64,000 bases of DNA. It comes from Lama glama (Eukaryota). A model generated the notes under the pieces. That model was not told the origin of the DNA. It saw only the letters and a list, made by a program, of their open reading frames with translations, and made no database searches. The stretch is taken from contig CM052832.1 in NCBI GenBank assembly GCA_028534125.1, positions 33,666,001 to 33,730,000 on the forward strand, read 5' to 3'. Positions 13,201 through 25,400 of this stretch are shown here, in pieces. The translations under genes and the position numbers were made by a program. Each line of letters starts with the position of its first letter. Positions within the stretch are counted from its first letter, which is position 1.

Positions 13201-14085
13201 GTCAAATGTGCTTTATTTGTAAGTAACTGTTTAGAAAGGCTTGGTTTGGCTCATTAAGCTACGTTAAGTTCGTCATTAGAATTGCTCGGGCCGAGCGTTC
13301 CTTGGAAGTGTTGAGTTTTAGGTGATGAGCTGCGCTTGCACGTGTGGCAATGATAATGTCGATGATGGAGCTGGGCTGTTCTCCGAGGCCGGCCTGCTGG
13401 TAGCTGCCGCACAGTTCAGGGTGGTGGGGGGGCAAGTCGACGGAGGGAGGCAGCCGTGGCCAGCTTTCCGCTGCGTCAGACTTGTCAGGGTGGAAGTTCT
13501 TCGTGCGTCTCCTTCCCGCACCCACCCGTGCGTTTTACTGATGCCAGTTATTTTAACAGTAAAAATTCTCCTAGAAGTCAGTAGTGTTGACAAAATAAAC
13601 CTTTAGGGAGCATTCTTGAGGACTAGTAACGCATCTTTAGTCCTGATTGGAAATTCCAATCTTTACTTTTACTGTGTGAATTAATTGTTAAGTGGTTTGT
13701 TTTGCTTAAGGGTCTTATGTGGCTCACCCTGGAGTGATCTTCTTCTTTGTGTGTTTTTTTGACACTGACATTTGTCAGGACAGCTCAGAGCCAGCGTATC
13801 AGCCTCCAGGAAGCCCGGGAGGCGCTCTCGGTCTCGAACTGACTTCTCTCTTCCCTGGAAAAGAATTGTTGAGTGTCTGACAGTGATTAGGTGATTATTG
13901 GATCACAGCATTTGAGTTACTGGTAATTGAAATAATATGAGCGGTACTTTTTTATCTGGTTTCTATGCACTCACTTTACCTTAAACGCTACGAGAGCGAT
14001 CATTTCATTGCATCGTTTGGCAAGATACTTAGATTGCAATTTTGCAAAATTAATTAATTTTATTTAAGTGACTTAAAACTTCAAC

Positions 14086-14218
14086 NNNNNNNNNNNNNNN
14101 NNNNNNNNNNNNNNNNNNNNNNNNNNNNNNNNNNNNNNNNNNNNNNNNNNNNNNNNNNNNNNNNNNNNNNNNNNNNNNNNNNNNNNNNNNNNNNNNNNNN
14201 NNNNNNNNNNNNNNNNNN
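14086..14218. other. Assembly gap (133 N)
   Basis: Run of N. Confidence 1.
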
Positions 14219-14813
14219 CTTTTTCAATCATAACCCTGAAGAAGTGGCCGTATTAGCTAAAATCTGTCAACAACAACAATGGAAAAAACTGTTGGTTTGG
14301 GTTTATGTTAAATGATGCATGTTCGGTGCTCTTTCAGTTTTAGGACGCTGCTTCATGGGGAAATAAATAGAAATTCCTGGTAAGCGTCTGCATTTTTGTG
14401 GGGAAGCAAATTATTCCTGAAGCTTCCCTTGTCATCCATCTACATTAGCGAGAGGTGGTTCTTCTGGGAGGGGGGACTTGCTGGGGCAGGAGGCGTGCTG
14501 TGCTTGGCTGTGCACATAGATGGCAGCAGAGAGTCACAGACGGCGGGAGCCAGCTTGTGGTCCGAAGGAAAGATGAGCGGGGTACAAACTGACTTGCCCC
14601 GCGTGGTGCCTGTGTCCGCAGTCAAACAGTGAGAAAGAAAGCCACCGTTGATAACACCCGAGCTAGGAGAGAAGAAGGCTGTGAGGAGCTAGAGTGTACT
14701 GAGCTTCTGGACAAGTCCCAGGGGGGAAGGCTCACTCTCTTAAGGTATGTCCCCCTCTCCTGTAAGACGGTGGAAATCAGCTAGGATAACACGCAGGTCA
14801 AAATGAAGAGACA

Positions 14814-14848
14814 GGGAAGGGGTGGGGAGGGGAGAGGGAGGGGAGGGG
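14814..14848 (+). repeat. G-rich (GGGGA)n-like tract with G-quadruplex potential
   Basis: gggaaggggtggggaggggagaggggagggagggg has seven G-runs of 3 or more. Confidence 0.7.
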
Positions 14849-17800
14849 AATCCGGACAACGGGCTGCAGCGGGAGGGGCGGCCCGCTGCCCGCGTGCTGT
14901 GCTGTGGAGCTTGGCCTGCACGTCTCCTCCTCAGTTAAGCAAGTTACAAAGAGGAAATGTCAGTCCACGAACCAGGCAAACATTCCAGGGGAACATTTGC
15001 TCAAATGTCAGCGTTTCAGAAAACAGAACTGCAGTCTGTTATGGTCTGGTCCCCACGCTGGATTTGCTGTTAAACATGCAAGTTCAAATGTGTTTCTTCA
15101 GAATGCGCTCGCAATTAACAAGTCATTTTGCGTCTTAATGAGCATTCCTCCGTGATGACATAATCACTGCAAAAGGTGACAGTCATCAGTACAATTAATA
15201 TTTAATATGTGTCTGCTTCTGAGAACCTTTCTGTGGCTACCCACAAATTTCCAAGGTAGTTTTCAAGTTTCAGAATTGAATGTGGTGAAATCACAGACTT
15301 GAGGATCGAATGAAGTAAAATCGTGTTAATTAGAAATGTGACATGGAAGCAAGTTACAAAAAAGCGGTGTGTCGCGTGCCCTGAACCAGCGAATCCTGTC
15401 AGTGTCCCTCCCCGTGCGCTTGGCCGGCCCCTCCGTAGCTCCGAGTCGCCATGGCTGTGCTCAGGAAGACGGCTCCCTACCCTGCACTTTCCTCTGCTCT
15501 GATCTCGGGCGATTTAGTACCACAGGCCAACCTCTGTGTCACAGAGTCCCTTCCACAGTGTGTGTAACCACTTGCTCAAACAGCGTCTGGCAAGTCTCTC
15601 TTGTGACAGCAACTTATTTCTCACGTAATTATTTTTTTTAGTAAATTTGATATCTTAACAACCCCTTCCCTCATTTCTGGGTTCAAAAAAATAACACTTA
15701 CTGTAATTTATTTCTCCTCCCTCACGAAGGCTTACTTGACAGCGAGTCTCCGTCCCTCTCCTGAGGCAGTGGGGGGGGGCATACGGTGGCCGGGCCGACA
15801 GGCCTCGCTGCTGTCGGGAGGAAGCCGGAGGTGGATCCCGGCTGCCGCTCATCGCTTACTAGTGATACGTGCTTATGCCCTGTCCCACATCCGTGGACAT
15901 GGAAGATACACGCTTACGCAGTATGTTGTTTTTCTGTTTCAAGCCATCTGTGTGTGGACTTCAGATGCACACAGATGAGTTCGTGTGACTCTCACTGTTT
16001 CGTGCTGTGGGCTGTGTGAACACAAGAAGTGAGACAAATGTAAACTCATCAAAATTTGAATTGGATTCTAAACGTGTAATTCTTTTATTATTTTCTGGGC
16101 TTTCAGTTTAGTTAATTACATGGATTTTTTTTAGAAGATAAACTCTTACCATCACACAGTTCTTAAAATCAAAGTCTGTTGTTTGAATGGGTGGCAGTTA
16201 CATGTCAATTTCTTTATAAATTATTGTCAAAGTAGCAAATGTATTTGTTTCAGATTTAGGTCTGAATGTACATGATTTGTTTTAGATTAACACGTGCTGT
16301 TTGAGAACGACTGTTAGCCAGAATGTAGTGTGTTTTGAAGGTGACATTATACTTTTTCTTTTATGCTTTCTGTCTCTCTTCGGGCCATCATTGAGCTTAG
16401 ACCGTGTGCTTTTTCTTAGTGGGATAGTACCATGCAGATTATTTGTGTGACCTTTCACTGCAGCAGTTTTCCAAAAAAAGGGCAATATTGCAACACCACT
16501 TCCTCCAGCTTCTTGGTTTCAAAGAATCGTGCCTGAAGTAGGCAAATCTAACAGAAGGGCATTGTTTTAAAACTTTTTCTTTTAACCAGTGTATTGGTTT
16601 TCTTAATATTAGCACTGGCACATTAGTGTTCTGTGATAAAACGTTTAAAATATTTTACATAGGTAGATAAATATAGAATAATTAAAACATTTTCAATTTG
16701 TTTACAGCCTTTTAAATGGATTTTAGAAGGGATGCCCTTAATAAATAATTTTTGATGCACTTTTAAGCTAGAAAATCAGATTTTATGTAGCTATAGAGGT
16801 CTTTCAAATTTTTATTGGCAGCTATAACCGATTGTAATTTGTGGTGGCTTTACATTTGTAAAATGAATCTTACAAAATCTTGGCTATTTGAAAATTTGCT
16901 GGTAGCTTATGTAGTGCTTGTCTTGAATATTGCTTTTCTTTGTGTTAACTTCCATGTAATTAATTTGGTAGCAGTCTAGTTGATCAGTAAAAGGGGGCAC
17001 ACCTGATTGTTTAGGAGTATACCCTCGAAATATTTGTGCTTTTAATTCTTAGCTTTTCATCCTCACTATGCCCAAGTTGTGCTTTTTAAAAAAACCTGAT
17101 AAAAATGTTGAATATGCAGATATTTTTAAATTCTTCAAATTGATAGACAAGAGAGACTTATAACCCCAAAGCATAGTTTCTCAGGTGACCATTGCTTTTC
17201 ATGGAGTGTTAATCATCAGTGGAAAAATGGATTAATGTCATATAAATGCCCTGAAGTTCAGTTTTGGCTCCAAATCGATCCTTTTAAACATTCCTTTCTT
17301 CTTTTCCACAGGCTGCGTCTCTGTTTTGGGGCCGAGCACTCGAGCTCGTAATGTGTTCTTTGAGGAGGAACTTCCCATAGGCCTGACGTGCCCTCGCGCG
17401 GGGAGAGGCGCGCGTCCCTGGTGCCGTCTCTGCCCTCCTCTGCGCTACTCTCTCTCTCAGTTTCTCCTGGAGGGTCCGCTGGCGGGGCTGCACATCGTCC
17501 CTGCGCAGCTCTGCTGGCACAGGATCAGAGGCTAATCCGTGAAACACAGTTTAAAAACTCTCCAAGGTGTGAAATATTAGCTTGTCATTTTTTCTCGAGT
17601 TTTCTCTTTTGACAAGATTTGTTGAATTTTCTTCTTTTTTCCATATGTTTTCTGCCGTGCTAATTCTGAAGGAATTTATAGATGTATCATTTGGGAAAAG
17701 ATGTATTTTAACTGACAACATAAATATCCCAGTTACACAGTTATCTGGTCAGAGATTTTAAATCACAAACTAGTGAGAATTTGTTCTTTATAATGTAGCA

Positions 17801-18513
17801 TAAATTACATTTAATGTTTTCAGTAAAAACTTTTCAGTGAAAGTTTGACATGAACACTGTCACTTTTTTTTTAAAAGAAACCTTAATATCAGCTTATACG
17901 CTCATGAAATATTTAATAGAAACATTGCAGGGTAATTTTATCTTCTTTCATAATAGAAGTTTACGAAGCGTTTTGACTCGCCTTGCTCATTTTCCTACGA
18001 AGACCAGTGCAGTTGAGAACTTGCAGTGGCGTCGGTCCTCATGCTGAGTTAGGCTTCTGTGTGTGGAGCACCAGCGACGAGGTGCAGGGGCGGGAGGCTC
18101 ACCTTCACTTCCGAGGGCCCGGTACTTTCTCCGCGTGACCCGAACTCCAGCTGTTAGCCCATGACGTCCGCGTCGTGTTCCAATCACAGGTTTGTCTGAG
18201 GTTTTTTCAGTGTTAGCTGTGTGACCTGATGCTGTTTGCAGCATCACGACCTCTCACTGCTGTGGGCTCTGCTGCTGTCGTTTTCTGTTTATTTGCAATC
18301 CTCCGTCTGTGTTCAACTGAAGACACATGTTTGTTGCCACCTGCCAGACCCCTTACTGAATAATCTGTACTTTATTTAACTTGTGTTGTGACCGTAGACC
18401 TTTATGAGCAGAGCTTCATAAAATTAAATCGTTTGTTGTTTGTACAGATACGTTAGTGAAACATCGCATAATGATGAAAACATTGATTGTCGGAACATTT
18501 AAGACATTAAGAA

Positions 18514-18654
18514 GGGAGGGTAGCTCGGTGTTAGAGTGCGTGCCTAGCATGCACGAGGTCCTGAATTCAACCCCCAGTGCCTCCGTTAAAAATAATAATA
18601 ATAAATAAATGAGCCTCGCTACCTCCCACCACTAAAAAAAAGAAAAAAAAATTA
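18514..18654 (+). mobile_element. tRNA-derived SINE, camelid Vic-1-like
   Basis: gggagggtagctcggtgttagagtgcgtgcctagcatgcacgaggtcctgaattcaacccccagtgcctcc carries an A box and a mutated B box. It is followed by an (AAT)n/AATAAA linker, acctcccacc and an A-rich tail. Target-site duplication aagacattaa(g/a)aag at 18501-18514 and 18655-18668. Confidence 0.88.
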
Positions 18655-18924
18655 AAGACATTAAAAAGACACATTTAAACATCACTAATGTCTGAAAATT
18701 TGTAAGTTGTTTGTCTTTTAGAAGTTTATGATAAATCTGAAAGATAACCATAGTTTAGTATGTTGAAAATTAATAGGTATGTATTTATTTAACCCAGTTT
18801 CAATTATTTAATTATTCTATGATTTAGGCCTCATTGGTCTTACGCCTGTGATCAATATACTGAAATGTAAAACATTCTCAGTACTAGCACAGGGTGTTTT
18901 TTCTTTATGAGGAGAAATAAAAGG

Positions 18925-19105
18925 AATTAGACTAGCCAGAGTCTTTTTAGTCATGTAGAGCAAAACTTCTGAGTTGAGCATATAGCTTCTCTGGACCTCA
19001 GTTTTCTCATCTGTAAAATGGGGGTATGAGGCTTTGTGAAGTAAGGGTTAGGTTAAATGCTCTCTAAGATCTCTTTCAACCCTAACATTCTGTAATTTTA
19101 TGATT
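18925..19105 (+). mobile_element. MIR (MIR3/MIRc-like) SINE
   Basis: Core cctcagttttctcatctgtaaaatgggg and 3' segment ctctaagatctctttcaaccctaacattctg. Confidence 0.8.
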
Positions 19106-22100
19106 TGTTTTAGCAGTCGTGTTATGCTTATCAATATAAATTACATCTTGTCTAATGTAAACGTTAAGTGTTAATAAAAACTAAGGATGAAAAGTTCAAA
19201 CAATCTCTTTTAAAAACCATACTTTTGGGGAAGAATCAATGGACAGATTTTAGTGTATAGTGATTTTCTCAAGAAATGTGTGAAATCCTCTTTTAGAGCA
19301 GACTTGCATCTTTTAGGACATTCACTGTAGGAGAGTGGTAACGAGGTGTTTGCCTTGTAGGATGACGAGTCTGACACGTCAGTACTGGCGACTCTACTGT
19401 ATGTGTGTTAAGTGGGGGCTTACAGTGGGAAGTGTGGTGGTTAAGTATGGACAATGATTTTAGGAAACAAAAAGTGAAAGTTTAAAAGCTTGTCTGTAAA
19501 AGATAACATAATTTTACTAGCACAGCCCAAATCCATCAGCTGGCAGTAAAAAAATAATTAAAAGTTTTAATTCCCAAGATGTTTATTTTTTGTTAATGTT
19601 TTTCTTTGAGTAGGGGATTGTCTATTCCTAGAGTTTATAAAAGTCATAGGAAGTCTATAGCTCATCTTTTCCTCTTAGCTATCGTTGTATTTAAATGCTG
19701 CATTCCCAAGTGAAAGATGCCTGCAGGAAAACTCCGTGGGTTCAATTATTTTTAAGTCATCCAGATTCCTTTCCCACTTAGTGGCATTTCATGCATTCTA
19801 GGTGACAAACCTGTTTTTAGGTTGGTTTCTTAAGCGTACTGTCAGTCTTATTTTAACCCCAATTAGGGCATTCCTTAAATATTTACTCTGAGCTTTTTAT
19901 AAGTTTCCTTATATGATGTGAAAATCTTAAAAGTTTTGTGCAGGGATTGCTGTAAGTGTAATTCAAATAATTATGTAAAAACTTTCCTCGTGTCTTTCTT
20001 CTGTGCAAGTACTATAAGTATTTACGAATTTGTTCCTAAATGAAGTTATAATTTACATATAAATTCTTAGGTAGTTCTTTATCTTTTGCTAACTGCAATA
20101 AAAGCTTAAAATTTTCAAGTAGATTACTTTCTTTGTGACTAAATCTTCATTATTTGAAGAGCGATTATAAAAACAACTTAATGTATAATTTAAAAAAAAT
20201 ATCCTAGCTTCTTTGGTTTTACTACTAAAAGGAAATACTTAACCAGCTTTGCACTGTGTTTGCCATGCTTTGGGTAGCTCACTGACATTTTTTTTTCAGC
20301 TGTGGTACTGAATTTAGAAAATACTTGAAAATTAATTATGGGCTATGATTAGTGGCCACAGCATATCTGTTTGACATTTCTTTTGTTGTCACCATCCTAG
20401 CTGTCTAGACTGGGCCTACCTTGTAATGGCAAGATCCTAGTCCAATTCTTTCAGTTTTTTTTCTTTTTCCTACTAGCTGACTGAATGCCGCAGAAGTTCA
20501 GCTCCTTGCTTGGGGTCGCCCCGGGTCCAGCAGCTCGGGTGTGGGGGCAGAGCGAGGCCTGGAGGTGAGGCTCTCTTGCTCTTTGTCCAGGGCTCAGCCT
20601 TCCCTGCCATTGCCTCTCGCTTGCTTTGTCAAAGGGTGACGTGGATGGATGGCTTGGAATTCTTTCAAAGCCTTTCCTCTGTAATAATGATGGCAAAGAT
20701 GTCAAGCATTTGTCAGGGGCCACTAATACATGTTGTGACAGCAGTTTCGGGGGGGGAAGGTGGATTTATTACTAATAAAACATTAGAACTCTTATGTTTA
20801 AAGCCAGCATGATTTACATTCGGTTCACCCCTCCCTGCTCTGCCTGCCCATTTTGATTTAAGCGGCCCTGCCGGTTCACCGCTGTGCTGGCCACCCCCGC
20901 ACCGCCACCCCGGGCAGATAGCTGGTGGATGGGAGGTGAAAGGGCGTCGACAGGACCAGCTGTTTGCTGGCTCTCAAGAACAGCAGGCCAGGCGCTGTTC
21001 TGTGGGGGTTGTGTGCACACTTACCTAGAATAATAAAATGTGAGAATGCAGAATCTTCAGATTCTGAAAACCCAACGGTCTGGAACAGCCTCTTTTGGAC
21101 TTTCGGGTGTTCGTGCAGTTCTTCTGTTTATTGCCTGGAACTGGCAAACTTGCGTGGTTTATTTTCCCTTTTCCTCTCAAGTAGCGTCATTTTCTGTATA
21201 TTTCACACAGCGTGGCAACCTTAGGATGAAACCTGTTAAGTAGATTCACGTTGCCTGCCAGTATACACACAAAAAAGACGAAACGCTGATTCTTTGCCCT
21301 TGAACACATGGCCAGCCTAAAATACAAGGCCCGTGATCAGTAGCTTAGATGGTCTCGAGACGTGTGTGCACACGACGCAAGAACACGCTGGCGTTGGCTT
21401 TGGGGTTGCGTGACGGGAGAGGGGTTGTCACGAGGGCCCTGCGCCTCAGGACTGTCACCGTCTGCTCTGCTGCGGGAGCCCCCCGCTGGGCAGGGGCCGA
21501 GTAGGCCCTACTGGGCCCAGGCTTGGGGGAACTCTCTTCCCTAAGTCTGTCCTGGAAGTGGGGAGCGGTGTGTGGGCCTCACAGCCTGACAGCCGACTGA
21601 AATACTCTTCAGAGCTAGCCGTACGTTGCTCTTAATGGTTGTCGCTTGCCTCTGACCTCGTGGCAGCTACTACCCTCCGTGCCATTTTCCTCAAAATGGC
21701 AAACCAGTGGTGGAGTGGTTTCCACTCGTCAGTTAACAGAGAGAGTTATTTCTGAAACAGGCACAGTGGATACTTCCCCTTGGATTGTGCTTAGATTGTG
21801 CTCAAGGTTGCAAGTGTATTGTGTTTTCTTAAAACAGAAGCGCATTCTAGTCATAGAAGAAAAGTGAGTTAATATATGTGTTTTTTAAATTTGGAAATCA
21901 TAAAATATGCTTTATTTCTCTGTAGAGCTTTTATGCTGCTTCGAAACAACCTGATGTGTAAACCCTTAATTTAGGAAACAAAGTAGGATGATCATGTTTA
22001 ACTGTAAAATGAGTGTGTACTTTATAGAGGAATTCATCTGGGGCTGCTTTTTAGTACACATTCTGTGTCACTTTCCTGAACGTTAAGACGCGTCCTTTCG

Positions 22101-22139
22101 GCTCGTGGATTAGAAGACAGTTATGTAACATCGGAGCTG

Positions 22140-22480
22140 CGTCTCTGACGACGATGGGGCTGAGCTCCGTGTGGCCACTGGATGTCCGGGCGTTCCTTTC
22201 TGTGAAATGCCTTTTCCTAGTCTTTGTCCGTTCAGTTCTCATGCCATTGTTATTGCTGATTTGTAGGAATTCCTATAAATCTGTTACCAGTTAAATGTTG
22301 CTGTGAATATACTATTCCAGTTTGTCACTTCCGTGCTGACGTTGTGGTGTCCTTCACTGAGCATGAGGCTTAATTTTTGCTTTTTTGTGGTCAAGGCCTT
22401 TTTGGGGTGCTTCGTGGAGTCTGTGTGAGAAGTGCTCTCATGGACAGCGTGCCCTCTCCGGGTCCGCCGCTGTGGGGGCC
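22140..22480 (-). mobile_element. Old L1 (L1M-type) fragment
   Basis: ttcctttctgtgaaatgccttttcctagtctttgtcc...gctgatttgtaggaattcc...gtgaatatactattccagtttgtcactt is typical of antisense L1 ORF2 3' sequence. Confidence 0.7.
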
Positions 22481-25400
22481 CTTTCGGTTCCTTTAGAGGT
22501 TGTCACGCAGTGTGTGTTGTTGGAAGGACTCACGCCCTAGACTGACCCCAAACGACCCCCACGCTTGCTTCAGCCTTGTAATTCCAAGATTCTATCAGAC
22601 AAGGGAGAGCAAAGGGCCGTGCGGTCTGAAGCCCACACCAGGCTTGCGGGAGACCTCCTGCGTGCCCCTGAATGGGAGACGCCGCGGAGTCTCAGGCGCA
22701 CTGTCGTTTTATTTTACGGACCATTGGGAAGCAGTAGGCTTTTCTAACTAGCCTGTGACGCAGTTCTTCCTACCACTTAAAGTTCTTTCGTTTCACACTT
22801 ACTGAAAAGGTCACGTAGACTTAGTAGCATAGATTTGTAGTACGTTTTACTCTTGTGCGCATCCCAAAACAGAACACAAGTGAAAGGAAACGTGGACTTG
22901 CAGACCTTCCTCCCGTGACGGTAGCTGCTTCCGTTAATGTGTCCCACTGGATCCTTCTGGTCCTTCCTGTGTGCGGTGACTTGTTCTCGGCCGGACGAGC
23001 CTGTGGGTGCAGGTGGGGGACAGGTGGTCCTCGCGCCCGGCCCAGCCTAAGGGGCAGCCGATGGTGGAGGTACCACGGTGGGGAAGGTGGCCTCTGCGGG
23101 CTGGCGGCGTCCGTGCCGCGCTGTAAAACTCGATGCCGTTTGTTTAGTGCCCTCTGGTCCACACCAGGGCAACAACCAGCCACCGTCTGGCTCTGAGTGA
23201 GAAAGCCGCGTTGTTTCAGCGTGGGTGAGGGTGAGCCTGTGCGCACCCGCACGGGCTGAGCGAGCGTGGGGTTTCGCGGGGCGGCTCCTCCTGCCTTTTG
23301 CACAGCGGGGCCTTCCCTGCGGCGGCCCCGGCTGAGCACCGATCGCCTGCAGCTTCTTGCCAGGAGGCCCCACGGTCAACCGAAGCTGCTTCTCCCCAGT
23401 CTCCAGGCCACCAGCTTGCTCTCCCCGGACCCCAGGCCGCAGCACAGCTGCCCTCTTCTGTGCTCGCACGGGCCTGCCGTCGGCCCTCTCCCCCCGCGCG
23501 CAGCCCGCGGCGTCCCTCGTGAGGTGCGGGGTTGGCCAGGCCCGTGGCGCCGCCGCGGCCACCATCTTGCCTTCCGTGCAGGCCAGGCCGCTGCTCTGGT
23601 GGCAGCCTGCTCTGCTGCTGGGTGACCGTGAAGAGGCCCACGTCTTTCTCAGGGTTTGGCCACCAGCTGTGTTTGCTTCCACCCTACTTTTATCGTCTAA
23701 TATTTGGGCCTCCTGGAGGGCCTCAGATCTGCCTTTGGGTCGCCATCCCATACGTGGAAGTCAGACATTTCCAGCCTGCAGTGACAGAACAAATTAAAAC
23801 TTTATTCTGGGATGCAGTGTCCAGTGTCACTGCCACCTCTAGCGTGACATTTTCTCGTGCACGCGGGGTGTTTCCTAAGCCTGTCCACCCCCGTGACGTG
23901 GATGTTGGGCCGAGCAGACGGGGCGGAGCCCGTGTTGCCCCCAGCAGGGTGTTCCCGGGGGTCAGTGTCAGCGCTCTGGGCTCCTGCCGGGAGGGTCGTT
24001 CAGACAATTGGAGTCTCCCTGCTTCCTCGCCATCCTCTCCACCAACGTAATGACGAGCTTGATTGAGGCTTGAAGATTGCGGGAATTCGCACAGGATTGT
24101 TTCTGGAGCAATCTGTCTTCTACCTTAAGCACTGTTTTTCCGTTATACCGGCTCTTTTAAAATGTTTTCAATGAAATTTTGTTCCTAAATTACAGAAGTA
24201 ACAAAGCGTCAGAGCAAATTTCGAAAATCACAACTGTTGTCTAAAATCATAACTCTGGCACTGTGTTCTGCTGGGTGTTTTTAATGTTTCTCTTTCCAGT
24301 CTGTTGACTTATGTGGACTCACAACATGCATTCAGCTGTGTGTTTTTTTAAATAAAATTTTTATAAAATAATTCTTTTTAAAATAATAGGCAGCGTTTCA
24401 GTGGCTATATAATCTTACGTGTCTTTTCATTTGAAGAATCACACAGGGTGATTTTTTAACTTTACATTTATTTGAACATGCAAGTTAAAATGCCCTCACA
24501 CATTTTTATTATTTTTCTGGCTCCTCTCCCTGACTGTCGGCAGTGGGTACTGTGACGGGCATCAGCTGCCGCCTCTGGCTAGGGGTTAGTTGAATCTGCT
24601 GACCATCTGCAATGCCTTGGACATTCCTTTTTTTTTTTTTGGACATTACTTTTTAAGACAAATCCATGGTTTTGTTTTCTCATTTTTTCTTATTTTACAA
24701 AAATTAAGAGTATGTAATGCAAACAAAGCCTCAGGTTTTGGGTCTGTTTTTTTTTGTTTTCAGGTGTTTTCTTTGTCTTCTTTTAAATACTGAAGAATAT
24801 TGGTGGTCTTGTAGACGTGTTTTTCTTTTCAAATAGAGATTTCTGAGTGCCCTACAGGACTGGCACAGGCTCCGTGGGTTTGAGCTGAGTTCTCCGTCCA
24901 TTTAGGTCCCCTGGGGAGACTGGTCACGTGGGGAACAGAGCTGGTGGTGAGACCATGGATTTCCTGCTTTGCCCTACTTTTTATAGTTCTGGCATGTTTC
25001 AATGGGCAGGTTCAAAACACAGCCCAGAAAACAGAATAATGAATAATCTTTTTCTATGAATTTGTATAATCGTAACTGTTGGCTTATTACACATACCTCT
25101 GTATTTCCTGACAGCCTTCCAGTATCTTTCCTTAGCCATCAAACGTTCTGCTTTATTTAGAATACCATCCACATTGCCATTAAACTAAAAGTCGTTCTTT
25201 TCTCTGGAATGTCTCAAGCTCTCTGGGTGAGCTTTTGTTTTTACTCCCCAGAGAAATGCACTGACTTCTGAGTCTCTGTTTCATTTTGAGGGAACGTCTG
25301 TAGTGTTTCCTTCTCCCGTGCTCACCGACACGGATGTCAGTGCTGGCACATAGTCTGTGCTCACTGCTAAGAGGTCTTAAGCAAGTCTGCACGTTTCCTA

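Noticed and set aside
18514-18584. Possible tRNA gene
   Set aside because: Degenerate B box, SINE tail and target-site duplication show it is a SINE.
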